A stretch of DNA of 64,000 nucleotides from Octopus bimaculoides (Eukaryota). The position numbers and the translations under genes were made by a program. The DNA is taken from positions 97,181,524-97,245,523 of the forward strand of contig NC_068982.1 of NCBI RefSeq assembly GCF_001194135.2, given 5' to 3'. Under the pieces are notes generated by a model. It was not told the origin of the DNA. It saw only the letters and a program-made list of their open reading frames with translations, and searched no databases. Positions 12,811 through 24,634 of the stretch are shown piece after piece. How positions within the stretch are numbered: the first letter of the stretch is position 1; every line of letters starts with the position of its first letter.

Positions 12811-12913
12811 ACACCTGACGAGGCACTTCTGCATCGAAGGATGCATCACAACCAGTTGGACAGTATCCCACCCGCGAGAGATCGATGCAGAATGGGTCGA
12901 AACGATCGTTGTG
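12811..12913 (+). ncRNA. Minimal type I hammerhead motif with canonical core and extended stem II
   Basis: CAC-CTGACGA-GGC..TTCTGCATCGA/TCGATGCAGAA..GTC-GAA-ACGATCGT-T-GTG; predicted cleavage after 12910. Confidence 0.75.
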
Positions 12914-13059
12914 AGTAATAAAGTTTCTCGTCTACTCCATTTTCCGTTTCTATTATTTGTTATGTATGTCTGTATGTGTCTCTTCTATTTTTTTAAGTAT
13001 GATAAATTTTCGTTGAGCTGGGTATAATTAACTATTTTGATCTTTGTACATTATTGACC

Positions 13060-13830
13060 CTTATTTTATCGATCGGGAGGAATAGAAGGCGAAATTGATT
13101 TCGGTGTGATTTGAACTCAAAGCATAAAGAATCACAATTAGATGCCACAAAGCATTTTGTTCCCATACTCTACTAATTCTGCCAACCCGGCACTGCTTCA
13201 CCTGGGTAGTGTATTGACTTCATATTTTGGCACAAGGCTACCAATTTCGGGGGTAAGTCAATTAAATCGGCCCCAGTGCTCAACTGGTACTTATTTTATC
13301 GACTCCGAGAGGATGAAAGGCAAAGTCGACTCCTGCAGCAGTTAAACTCAGAACATAAAGACGGACGAAATGCCGCTAAGCATTCTACTCAGCGTGGTAA
13401 CGGTTCTGCCAGCTTGCCGCGTTACCTGGGTAGTATATTTGTTTCAAATTTTGGCACAGGGCCAGCAGTTTGGGTGGGTGGGTGGCAAGTCGATTGACTC
13501 GACCCCAGTACTCAACTGGTACTTATTTCATCGCTCCCAAAAGGATGAAATTCGACGGAATTTGAACTCAACGTAGACACTGTCGAAATGCTAACGATTC
13601 TGCCAGCTCGCCAAAGCGGGGTGCTGGCAGCAACGTTAGCACGCCAGGTGACGTGCTTAGCGGTATTTCGTCTGTCTTTATGTTCTGAGTTCAAATTCCG
13701 CCGAGGTCGACTTTGCCTTTCATCCTTTCGGGGTCGATAAATTAAGTACCAGTTGCGTACTGGGGTCGATCTAATCGACTAGCCTCCTCCCCCCCAAATT
13801 TCGGGTCTTGTGCCTAGAGTAGAAAATATT
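13060..13830. repeat. Cluster of four Nin-like SINE copies (three minus, one plus)
   Basis: Repeated actggtactt...atcga...aaaggcaaagtcgac motif. Confidence 0.8.
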
Positions 13831-14404
13831 CTGCCTGTTTACCGCCTTTTACCTGGACAGTATATTAAAATACAATTTACATCCTTTAACAATCAGTATA
13901 ATCAGGAAACAGGTGCGATAAGATCGACAGATAAAATGTCCATTCTGGCGGAAATTATTTGTAACCGGATTGAGGAAATTCGGTGAATGAGTGGGTTGTA
14001 GAGAACAGAGCTCAAACCTAGTATCTTTAATCAAGCGACTATGTAATTAAGATAACAGCCGTAACTTGTTTGTTTTCTCGACGGATGCTGAGTAAATACA
14101 TTGTTGGAGTGGAAAGTATATCGGCTTTACAATGTGTCAGTTCGCCCTCTGTGTATGATGTGGGTGTGTGTTAAGTTTTGTAATTTTCTTATTTCGCAAG
14201 TACCGGTATAGGAACAAAGATCAAATAGCCGTAAACTGCGAATTTTTATCTCACCGTAGCGGAGGCACAACCAACAGCAGAAAGGAAAAGGAGTAACAAC
14301 AATATAAAAAAAAAAGCAGACGAGTCCACCTGAAACTCATGCATGCCATGTGACTGGCGGTTTTTAATTATGTATTTATTTTTTTGACCGCCTACTACGT
14401 ACTC

Positions 14405-16286
14405 TTCTTTATTTGGCACTACGGTCATAATACAGAGGGGACACTACAAGGACAGACAGAACATCACAGTGGGGACAAAAAACAAAACGAATGAAAATGA
14501 AGATGTTATATAATGAAAATGAAATGGCTGCATGGGCCCCACTCCTCGTGCAGTACTATTTGAACGTTTAATACAGTTTACAATCGTTCGATTTTCTTTG
14601 TTTTTTTCCTTATCATCGTTTTTTCTCTCTCATTTTTTAAAATAAAACAGTTTTACTTCTTTTCTTTTTTTCCAATAAACAATTTCACTTGCTTTTTTTT
14701 TCCTTTTTTAGTATTTCACAAAAGGTTCGAGATCTTTCAGTTCCACTACTGGTAGCAATTCATCGAATTCCACCGCTACTCCTGGTGGATCAATTTCCCC
14801 TCTACACATATTTCTCCCTGTCGACCACAAAGGCCTTCACATTCTCTGAATAAACGTCTGTGGGCAGCTTCACCCTTATGATAGACTTAAATTTCATTAT
14901 TTTCCGTTCTGTTTCCTTGTTTTTCGCTATGTTACAAAATTCCATCGATATTTTGGGGGCTTTCTTACTTGATTTCCCTTTTCCTGCTCCACTGCTGGTA
15001 CCTTTTCTCTTTCCATTCTGAATAATCTCTCCATTTCAACCTCGTATAATTATTCTGAATCCTCCTCTACTGGTACAATCAATGTCCTTGCTGCTGTCTC
15101 CTCCTTCTGCAACTCCTCTTCGATCTCCTTTTCAAGTTCCTTTTCGATTTCCTTGTCAACCACCATTTTATCTTCCTTCCTTCCGACTTCCTTCATAACC
15201 TCTTTCTCTACCGTTTCTTTCTTCTTTTTCTGCCTCTCCGGCGGAGAGCTAGCTCTACCACTTCTCTTTCTTTTTTTACTACCGTAAATCCTTCATTCGT
15301 TATTGTCTCCTTTACCTCGACTTGTACCACTTGGTCTGCACTTTATTGTTTCTCAGTTTGCTCAATCTGTTGTTCTCTCTGGGGGCACCTCGCCATCATG
15401 TGGACTTTTTCTCCACATTCGTAGCATATGGGCGGCCTACCCTCCACCACCACCACCACTCGCAGCCTTACATCCTCAGGCAGAACAATTTCTTCCGCGA
15501 TTCTATTGAGGTCTTCTATACTCGCTTGAATAGCCATTTCTATGCCATACCCCCAATAGTTCACCCTTTTGGTTCTTGTGGCCTTGAGCATCTTGGCCTC
15601 CTCCTCCATATCGAATATAATGGCTGCCATAAGCCATGTTTCTTTTATCTCTGGTGGCACTTTGCCAGCTCTTACCCTGGCAACACGCTTGCAACAGTAG
15701 GATAGCAAAAGCACCCATTCCTCAGTTCTTATGGCTACCTTGGAGTGCTTAATCGCTTCACCCTCCGTCGCGAAACGCACCTCCACAGTGCCATACTTTC
15801 TTCCTCAGGTAATGAACGTGGTCAACCTCTTTATTTCCTTCAAACATTCCTCAATAGCCTCGAGTATTGCAATTTCGATTTTTCTGCTTGCTACCTTCAG
15901 TGTTTTATAAATTACTGTCCAATTGGTTACATTACTTGTGAGTTCTGCAGGCGGCGTTAGTCACAATGTGCTTCCTTCCTTTTTCAACAAATTTTCACAT
16001 TCTTTCATTTTCTTTGGTTCGACTTTTACTTCATGCACTTCCAGTGCTTCAACCTCAGTCTCTCTACCGGCCACAGCTGCATAGCTGTGGCCTCCTTTTG
16101 GCACCTTCTCCATTTTTCTCACAATGGGAAAAAAAAAGCAACAATTCAAAAATAACAATAATCAGCAATTTCAACAGTAACAACCTTGGGTACACTCATG
16201 AGGGGAGATCTTCAACAAATATTCAACAAAGTGACTTATGTCTAACAAATAACACGACAAAATTAACTCCGATACGAATATCTCAA
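14405..16286 (-). mobile_element. Tx1/L1-like element carrying only a decayed ORF1 (CCHC knuckle CYECGEKVHMMARC) and 3' UTR; HAL1-like; 18-bp TSD
   Basis: Identical ACCGCCTACTACGTACTC at 14387-14404 and 16287-16304. ORF1 starts at ATG 16113. No EN or RT motifs before the AATAAA tail. Confidence 0.75.
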
Positions 16287-16304
16287 ACCGCCTACTACGT
16301 ACTC

Positions 16305-16390
16305 ATTCTTTTTATTGTCCACAAGGGACCAACAAAGAGGGGAGAATACAGGACATTACATGTGGGGCCGAAAAAAAGAAAAAATCGAAT
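16305..16390 (-). mobile_element. 3' tail of another Tx1-like insertion abutting the TSD
   Basis: GTCC...CCCCTCT...CCCTTGTGGACAATAAA tail motif shared with the other Tx1-like copies. Confidence 0.5.
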
Positions 16391-16929
16391 GAGCAGATGT
16401 ATCTGAAAGTATCTTGTAAGCTCTCTATGGTTTTATACTTTTAATCAAATCTCTGAATATCTGTGCAACTGGGCGAACGTGTGTTTATTGTGTTATTCGT
16501 GTCTCTCAGCACATTCGTACTATATGCTTGTTTATGTGTTCATAATGCTATGAAAGGGTACTTTCCCTAATCACTTTTATTAGAGGATACTCGAATACGT
16601 GATTATGTGTTTAGCTATGGGTTGTGAATATATTTCTAATGTATTTTCTATTAGTTTGCCTTGGGGAACGAGATGACGAGAAAGAGTAGTGTTTTTTTGT
16701 TTTGAGAAACCCCTTGTTTGTGGGTTCGGGAATAATAGACAAGGCTAATTGTCCAGGTTGAACTCTTGGAGAAGAAAAGTGGTTGGAAGAAAAGCAAAGA
16801 TAGGAAGTGCAGTGAAGTTTTGGAATAGCCTTTCCTCGAAGTCCCAATAAAGGAACTTTTTTGAATAAGAAATTTTTCAAAATCGTTATTTCTTTTGTAC
16901 GAAACGCAAAAAATACTAAAACAGTTATA

Positions 16930-17700
16930 ATAACCCTTTCTACTATAGACACTAAACCTGAAGTTTGGAGGGAAGTGGGAGCTAGACGATTACGTCGATC
17001 AGGTGTTCAACTGGTTCCTATATCATCGACCTCGTAACGATAAAAAGCAAGATCAACCTCAATGGAATTTGAACTCAGAAGGTAAGGCCCGAAGAAATGT
17101 CGCTAAATATTATGTCCGGCGAGTTAACGATTCTTCCATCACGCCGCCCTTGAAACAAACCTTTCAAATTTTGTCACAGGGTCAGCAGTTTTTCAGGGGA
17201 AGGGGTAGTCGATTACATCAACCCCAGTGCTCAACTGGTACTTTTTTTATCGACCCCAAAACGATAAAAGGCAAAGTCGACCGCGGCGGAATTTGAACTT
17301 AAAACGTGAAGACGAACAAAATGCCGCTGAGCATGTTGTGCAGCGTGCTAACGATTCTTCCATTTCGCTGCCTTTAATATTAATAATAATAATAATAATA
17401 ATAATAACAATAATAATAATAATCCTTTCTACTAAAGGCACAAGGCTTGAAACTTGGGTGGGTGGGAAAAGACTAGTCGATTACATCGACCCAGTATTTC
17501 ACTGGTACTTAATTTATCAACCCCGAAAGGAGGAAAAGAAAAGTCGACCTCGACGGAATTTGAACACAGAACGTAGCGACGGGCGAAATACTGTAAAGCA
17601 TTTCATCCAGCGTGCTAACGGCTTCGCCGAATTCTTTCAGGCATAAGGCCTGAAATTTTGGTGGAAGGGGCTAGTCGACTACATCAGCCCAGCTCGCAGC
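16930..17700 (-). repeat. Tandem cluster of Nin-like SINEs with (AAT)n
   Basis: Three near-complete copies and one partial copy. Confidence 0.8.
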
Positions 17701-17724
17701 CTTTACAACAACAACAACAACAAC

Positions 17725-17769
<45 letters not shown>

Positions 17770-17770
<1 letters not shown>

Positions 17771-17940
17771 GAACTGAGGAAAGTGGCGGTTATAACCCTT
17801 GTATCAGGGGCACTTGTAACCGTGACAAACCAATTTCATAAGTAGCTCAATAAACTTGTATTCACTATCAACACCGATGCTCCAGAAAAACAGCACTACT
17901 TGGAACAGCCAATATTTTGAGAAGAGTTGTGTCAATGTAA
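17770..17940 (+). mobile_element. R4/Dong-like RLE retrotransposon 3' remnant after (AAT)n
   Basis: TALLGTANILRRVVSM* end-of-ORF motif. Confidence 0.55.
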
Positions 17941-19410
17941 CTGGAATGAGAAAGTTGACAGGACCCATGGCCAATGGTTATGACTCGCTCCTGATTAAAA
18001 GATATCGACATACAATCAGTTTGAGAAATGTAACAGTGATAATTGTAATAAGGGTGGGTAACTAACTTTTCCCCTTTCCCATGGTCTTAGACACAGCTAA
18101 ACCAAGAGTCGACCTGAGGTGCGTTCGAAATATATAGCTATAAGTTTTGAAGCGTTTAGAATCCGGGAGTTATGACATTGTTTAAGTGAAGGTGGAAAGA
18201 GAGATGAATGTAGGAAATACGTTTCGGAGGCAAACATTTTTTCAGTTAGTAGATACCACTATGTATAAGTGGAAACAGCTCAACGACAGTCCAGTTGTTA
18301 ACTCAGTCGACTTAGACCCATTATCAAAGGCATTTCAACTACAGGAACTCCGACAGAATGTTTCATAAGGAGCAATAAAACTTCTTTTGGGATCAGGGAG
18401 AGGGAGTCTCCTCTTAAAATTTAAGAGAAAGAAAGAGAAAAAGTGAGAGAGAGAGAGGGGGGGGAATCTTTCCTTGGATGTCTTGGTTCCGGAACGCCAC
18501 TTTTAAAGGCCCAGTCCAACCGTGAAATAACATTTTGTTTTATATTATTATCTTTTCTTCGGTCGAGGACTACATTATCCAATGTGATTATTCCTTTTTT
18601 TTTAAGGCGATAGGTTGTGGCTGAGAGATTTGCATACTGTCTCTAGCACATCGAATGACCGCTTAGAGGCTCCTTCAGTGGCTGGTGGTGAGTGACTATG
18701 ACACTGTTGCCTCTCAAGAATGTAAATGCGTGATGATCACATCAACCATTTATACATTACGTCTATCTGTTCAAGGTGAAAATTTCTGTCTCTGTAAAGA
18801 AAACCCAGATTTGTGATGACAAGTTTTGGAATGTAAAAAATATATGATCACCATGAAAGGCCGTCAGATATTTAGAAAAATCTGTGATGGTCATAAATAT
18901 TGAGGATGTAATGCTATATTACCATTTTCATTAGTGTAATGTCTACGTTTACGTCAGCATGTAATCACGTATCTATATGTATATGTATACATGTATGTGT
19001 ACCTGATTGTGACAATATACATATTTATGGTTTGTTGCTTGAATTGTAATATTTATTGAATTTTTTAGTGTGTATGTGTAAGCTAAGTTTTCCTAATGAC
19101 GTCAACAATGATTCATATCGATAATTATATCATTCCATTTCTCCACATCCTGTTATATCAAGCTAATCCACAAAACGAGTACAAACGTGTCTTGTCCTGT
19201 CTGCTAAAGTGCATAGTTCTACTTTCTTTCATTCTTCTTTTTTTTTTTATTATTATTCATACCTATACATTGCCACCAGTGCGTAACTGGTACTTAATTT
19301 ATCGAACCCCGAAAGGATGAAAGGCAAAGTCGACCCCGGTGGCATTTGAACTCAGAACGTGATGACAAACGAAATACCGCTTAGTATTTCGCTCGGTGTG
19401 TTAACGATTC

Positions 19411-19577
19411 TTAATTTTTTATTATCCATAAGGACATACATAGAAGGGACGGTACAATGAAATCGAATGATTTTACAAGAAATGCGATTGGGGTGCTTTT
19501 AAAAATTCTAAAAACATATAATACGGATGATGATAGGACACAATATAACAGATGAAGTGGAGGCGGGATTATAACGG
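19411..19577 (-). mobile_element. Tx1-like 3' tail fragment running into an N-gap
   Basis: GTCCCTTCTATGTATGTCCTTATGGATAATAAA tail. Confidence 0.5.
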
Positions 19578-20028
19578 NNNNNNNNNNNNNNNNNNNNNNN
19601 NNNNNNNNNNNNNNNNNNNNNNNNNNNNNNNNNNNNNNNNNNNNNNNNNNNNNNNNNNNNNNNNNNNNNNNNNNNNNNNNNNNNNNNNNNNNNNNNNNNN
19701 NNNNNNNNNNNNNNNNNNNNNNNNNNNNNNNNNNNNNNNNNNNNNNNNNNNNNNNNNNNNNNNNNNNNNNNNNNNNNNNNNNNNNNNNNNNNNNNNNNNN
19801 NNNNNNNNNNNNNNNNNNNNNNNNNNNNNNNNNNNNNNNNNNNNNNNNNNNNNNNNNNNNNNNNNNNNNNNNNNNNNNNNNNNNNNNNNNNNNNNNNNNN
19901 NNNNNNNNNNNNNNNNNNNNNNNNNNNNNNNNNNNNNNNNNNNNNNNNNNNNNNNNNNNNNNNNNNNNNNNNNNNNNNNNNNNNNNNNNNNNNNNNNNNN
20001 NNNNNNNNNNNNNNNNNNNNNNNNNNNN

Positions 20029-20288
20029 AGAAACAATTCCTATCATAGTAGGTGCCTTAGGTATAATAAAAACATATTCAGACAAATACATAACAAAAAC
20101 ACCAGGACTTACAAATATATATAACATACAGAAAATTGCACTACTGGGCACTGCACACATCCTACGCAAAACACTTTCAATACAGTAACCATAAGAGCAC
20201 CACAGCAAACCACAGCACATACCCAAGGCGCACAGAGCTGCGCTCGGTAGTGAAGTGAAAGCACGTTATAAAAATAAAACTACTGGAC
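20029..20288 (+). mobile_element. R4/Dong-like retrotransposon 3' end followed by (AAT)n
   Basis: PIIVGALG...[20 protein letters not shown]; near-identical to the copy at 54524-54878. Confidence 0.85.
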
Positions 20289-20322
<34 letters not shown>

Positions 20323-20759
20323 GAAACATTCCTAAAAAAGATACAAAACCAAATTTGAAAACATTTAATTTTACTGACATTTAATAAGTGCCGGTTAAAC
20401 ATTTACGTATTCGTTTAGCTTACTCGGGTAGAATCAATTTTTGCATTTGCTCCAAGTCAGCACAAAGTTCGAGAAGGTTCCAGGATTCTTGATTGCTGTT
20501 CGACACGTGTTTAAAGGAATGAGTTTACCTTCAATGCACTTCTCTAAACACGTGCCACGAACACAGTATCCTCACCTCGCGCCGCACAAATAAGTAACCA
20601 GCTAATTCTTAAAGAAAAACAAACCAGAGGTGCATACAAGTTTCACTCAAGTTTTTTCAACCGTAGATAAAAAGAATCATTGACTATGATAAATTCTTTT
20701 TCCCGCCTCTCACACAAAACTATTCCTTTCTATTATTAATATAACTACGAACTACACTT

Positions 20760-21884
20760 TATTACATTCAATTTGCCATAAAGACAGTACACAGAGAGTA
20801 GGTACGGGCTGGACAAACACATTAATGAGATGAGATGAATGATGATTAATATGGTATTAATGAGAGAAGACAGGAGCCGCCCGCCGAACTCTGCTTCTCT
20901 AAATCATTGTTCTTTTATAAATTTATACATAAATTTACAATTTGAGGCTATAAACCTCTTACTTTACAATTTCAATTTATCATGTCTTTGAAATGAGGCA
21001 CTTGCCTCTTACACTTTTCTTTTTATGGGCCACAAGCCCTTTCAATATGAGGCACTCGTCCTCTTACATTTTACCACCCGACCAGACTCCGTGCTTCACT
21101 TAAGCACCTCACTGGTTCTTCATCGGGCACCTTCAGTAAAAAGCGGAATGCGTCTTTGGGGAAGGAATTCATNNNNNNNNNNNNNNNNNNNNNNNNNNNN
21201 NNNNNNNNNNNNNNNNNNNNNNNNNNNNNNNNNNNNNNNNNNNNNNNNNNNNNNNNNNNNNNNNNNNNNNNNNNNNNNNNNNNNNNNNNNNNNNNNNNNN
21301 NNNNNNNNNNNNNNNNNNNNNNNNNNNNNNNNNNNNNNNNNNNNNNNNNNNNNNNNNNNNNNNNNNNNNNNNNNNNNNNNNNNNNNNNNNNNNNNNNNNN
21401 NNNNNNNNNNNNNNNNNNNNNNNNNNNNNNNNNNNNNNNNNNNNNNNNNNNNNNNNNNNNNNNNNNNNNNNNNNNNNNNNNNNNNNNNNNNNNNNNNNNN
21501 NNNNNNNNNNNNNNNNNNNNNNNNNNNNNNNNNNNNNNNNNNNNNNNNNNNACCTTGGCCAGAAGGTCCTCCACCCCCCCCGCAACTTTCGGTGAACAAC
21601 CATTGTTGCCCACCTTCTTTCTTTTCTTCCCTTTCTCCGTCTCTCCCTCCACTGGGAGAGCGGGGGGAACAACATTTATTAACTGTTCCAGGACCTTACT
21701 CTGGTCCTGGGGCAGTCTTTCTTAATGTTACCAGGCTCCAGACACAGGGGACATTTGTGGGGACGTCCCTTGACTATGACTGGATATCTCTGCCCGTCCA
21801 TCCTTAAAAAATCTGGGTGAACCAGATCTCTGGCTGATTGGGTCCACAGGGTCAAAACCGCTTTTGACCCAACCCAATCAGCTG
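20760..21884 (-). mobile_element. 5'-truncated second ORF1-only Tx1-like element (knuckle CPLCLEPGNIKKDC); 18-bp TSD
   Basis: TAACTACGAACTACACTT at 20742-20759 and 21885-21902. VIVKGRPHKC parallels VVVEGRPPIC of the 14.4-16.3 kb element. Contains an N-gap. Confidence 0.7.
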
Positions 21885-22412
21885 TAACTACGAACTACAC
21901 TTGCTTCTAGCACATCACCAATACACTATATATAGGCAAGCCACAATGTAATTATGTAAATATTGTGATATACTTCTGTTAAGATAAATGTTATTTAAAC
22001 AACGTTGGAGTTGATTTTATTATAGGACATCACGTTGATTAACATCATACCAATACTTCAATACCCATTTCACTTATTCTCCAAATATTTCTCAACATTA
22101 AAATATTATAAAGAAACAACCTACACCAAAATATTTTACAAAGTGGCAGTCATTGACGTTAAGTGTTCAGTATTGACTCGTAAACAGGTTACTTTTCAAT
22201 TGTTAACTAAGCTTTATCGTCTGTCACTTAAATAGATAAATTAATCTACAGTCCCACTACTGGACGAGTATAAGAATCAGACAAGGTTTCAATCAAAAGC
22301 GCGATGTTCAAGAATGTAAAAAAGAAACCAGTGCATATGGGCAAGGGTGGACATGCCTTCTCTCTCTCTCTCTGTAACTGGCGGGACGGAATGAGGAAGT
22401 CAATGATAATAA

Positions 22413-22630
22413 AGGCGGCGAGCTAGCAGAAACGTTAGCACGCCGGGCGAAATGCTTAGCAGTATTTCGTCTGTCTTTACGTTCTGAGTTCAAATCCCGC
22501 CGAGGTCGAATTTGCCTTTCATCCTTTCGGGGTTGACAAATTAAGTACCAGTTGCGTACTGATGTCGATCTAAGCGACTGCTCCCCTCCCCCAAAATTTC
22601 GGGCCTTGTGCTTAGAGTAGAAAAGAATAT
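22413..22630 (+). mobile_element. tRNA-derived SINE with Nin/Deu-like central domain (representative near full-length copy)
   Basis: A-box-like GGCGAGCTAGCAGAAACGTTAG, B-box GAGTTCAAATCCC, core GTCGA.TTTGCCTTTCATCCTTTCGGGGT.GA.AAATTAAGTACCAG. The domain name is from recall. Confidence 0.8.
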
Positions 22631-23399
22631 ATATCTGACAATAAATGCTGAATCATTGACAGTCAAATGCGCATGACTTGATATGATAAAAGATAAAATC
22701 ACAAATATTTCTTTTGTTACTACTGGCTGGAAGGAGTCTGAGATGATAGGATAACTCTAATAAGCGTAGGAGCATAATGAAACCATCCACAGCTCATTCG
22801 AAAATAGGGAGAGTTACTAACAATTGCTAAGTTTTTTTCTTTCTCCAACTATGACGGAGATTTCAATTTAAAAAAAACAACAAAAAAACTTGCGTACGTC
22901 ATACCAAATTCATGCCATCAGAGCAATTGAATTATTTCCCTTAGCTTATTTTATTTATTATTTCTTTTTAATTATGCAAATGGATAAAATCATTGCAAAT
23001 ATTTTTGGAAATGCACCTGATCAAGCTTGATTATGCCCCACTGGTGAGGCTCCAATAAGGTTGAAACATGTCTGTAGCTAACACTTAACTCTAAGCATGT
23101 GACAGAAATGGAGGAGACATTACTCTCCCCTGTAACTGAATGAAATATGACACTGAAATATTGCAATCTTGATAACTTACCTTTCCAACTTATGAGACGT
23201 TTGTGAGAGGTGTGCCAATAACGAACAGGTTTTTGAGTTAGTATTCTTACTGACATGCCAGATGATGTTTGTTGGAACACTTGCCTATTCCACTCCCTTG
23301 AAATCACTTGCAGTAATGCTCTGGGGATTTTGGGTTTCAAACATTTTCAGAGAACACCACTCTCACCAGACACAATGTGTAAATTGAGGGAGTGAGCAA

Positions 23400-23870
23400 G
23401 CCTTCATCATCATCCTCATTTAATGTCCGCTTTCCATGCTGGCATGGGTTGAACAGTTTGACATGGAGCTGGTGAGCAGGGAGCTGATTGGACTCCAACT
23501 GTCTGTTGAGACATAGTTTCTATGGCTGGGTGCCCTTCCTAATGCCAATTGCTGGGTGCGTTTATGCAGTACTGACATAAGTGCATTAATGCAGCACTGG
23601 CATGGGTGTTTTTTAAGTGGCACTGGCACCTGAAAGGACAAGCCTGTATGTATGGAAGACAGTGATTGTACTTAGCTTGACATGTCTTATCAAGTACAGC
23701 AAATTGCCACAACTCCCGGTCCCTTGTCATTTCCTCAGTGAGACTCAGCATCCAGAGATCCTTTCTCACCACTTTGTCCCATGTCATCCTGGGTCTACCC
23801 CTTCCACAGGTACCCTCCACAATTAGAACTCAGCACTTTATGCAGCTGTCCTCATCCATATGCTGCCTGA
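23400..23870 (-). mobile_element. RTE 3' fragment, same family as 59330-60627
   Basis: EGTCGRGRPRMTWDKVVRKDL plus 3' UTR. Confidence 0.8.
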
Positions 23871-24071
23871 CAAGGCCAAACAAGGTCAAAATCACGTGAT
23901 TTGGTGGTCTCACAGTGGGCGGTAGCAGATATTTAATTCCCCACTAGTGATATAAACAGGAGTGCATTTTGCACCCAAAGACAATATGAGAGCTTGTCCC
24001 GAGGTAACTACTGCAATAAAGTTTGTTCTAATAGAACATTCACATTTAAGTGGAGATAAATATCTCTAGAG

Positions 24072-24634
24072 CAGTAGTTCCCAAACTTTTTAGAGACGCA
24101 ACCCACTATTTATGACACCAGTTTATGGCGACCCACTTAACTCTACTGGGTAAAAACATTAATGAAAGAAACGAATTTATTTCAGATTACATTTTCATTG
24201 AGGCCTGTGAGAAGGCCTCATTTATATTAAATGTGAAACAAACCGTTTTATAACTGTTTCAATGTCTCCATACCCTATGGGCAGGTATTAACTCTAATAC
24301 AAAATCTCGAAGCAGTAACTGTTATCGGCTCGATCAGTGTTGTACTGCGCCTAGTTAAAGTTCTCTATAAATAGGTAAAAACAGACTTTTTCTTTTTACG
24401 ATTACGTACAAATAAATAACTTGAGAAAATGACCACCTCTGATTTGTTAAGTTCATGAAAACTGCCTACTGCTTGATAAAACAACCAGTCTGGTATTGAA
24501 AACATGAGTCTCGAACTATCTCGATAGACAGCAGTTAATCAAAGCTAATGCGTAATTTTATAACTTTTTACGACCCACTAGGATTCCATTTGCAACCCAT
24601 CAGTAGGTTGAGACTCATAGTTTGGGAACCACTG
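24072..24634. mobile_element. Non-autonomous hAT (Charlie/Buster-type) element
   Basis: TIRs CAGTAGTTCCCAAACT / AGTTTGGGAACCACTG; perfect 8-bp TSD CTCTAGAG at 24064-24071 and 24635-24642. Confidence 0.92.

Noticed and set aside
18501-18530. TTAAAGGCCCAGTCCAAC, like a Kolobok terminus
   Set aside because: No matching opposite TIR was found.
21885-21912. Minus-strand GCTAGAAGCAAGTGTAGT resembles U2 snRNA (GCTAAGATCAAGTGTAGT), the Keno target gene
   Set aside because: The match is short and imperfect, no other U2 sequence lies nearby, and the other TSD does not match.
22990-23340. 116-aa ORF with an internal G|GTAAGT donor
   Set aside because: No convincing acceptor or ATG and no recognisable homology.
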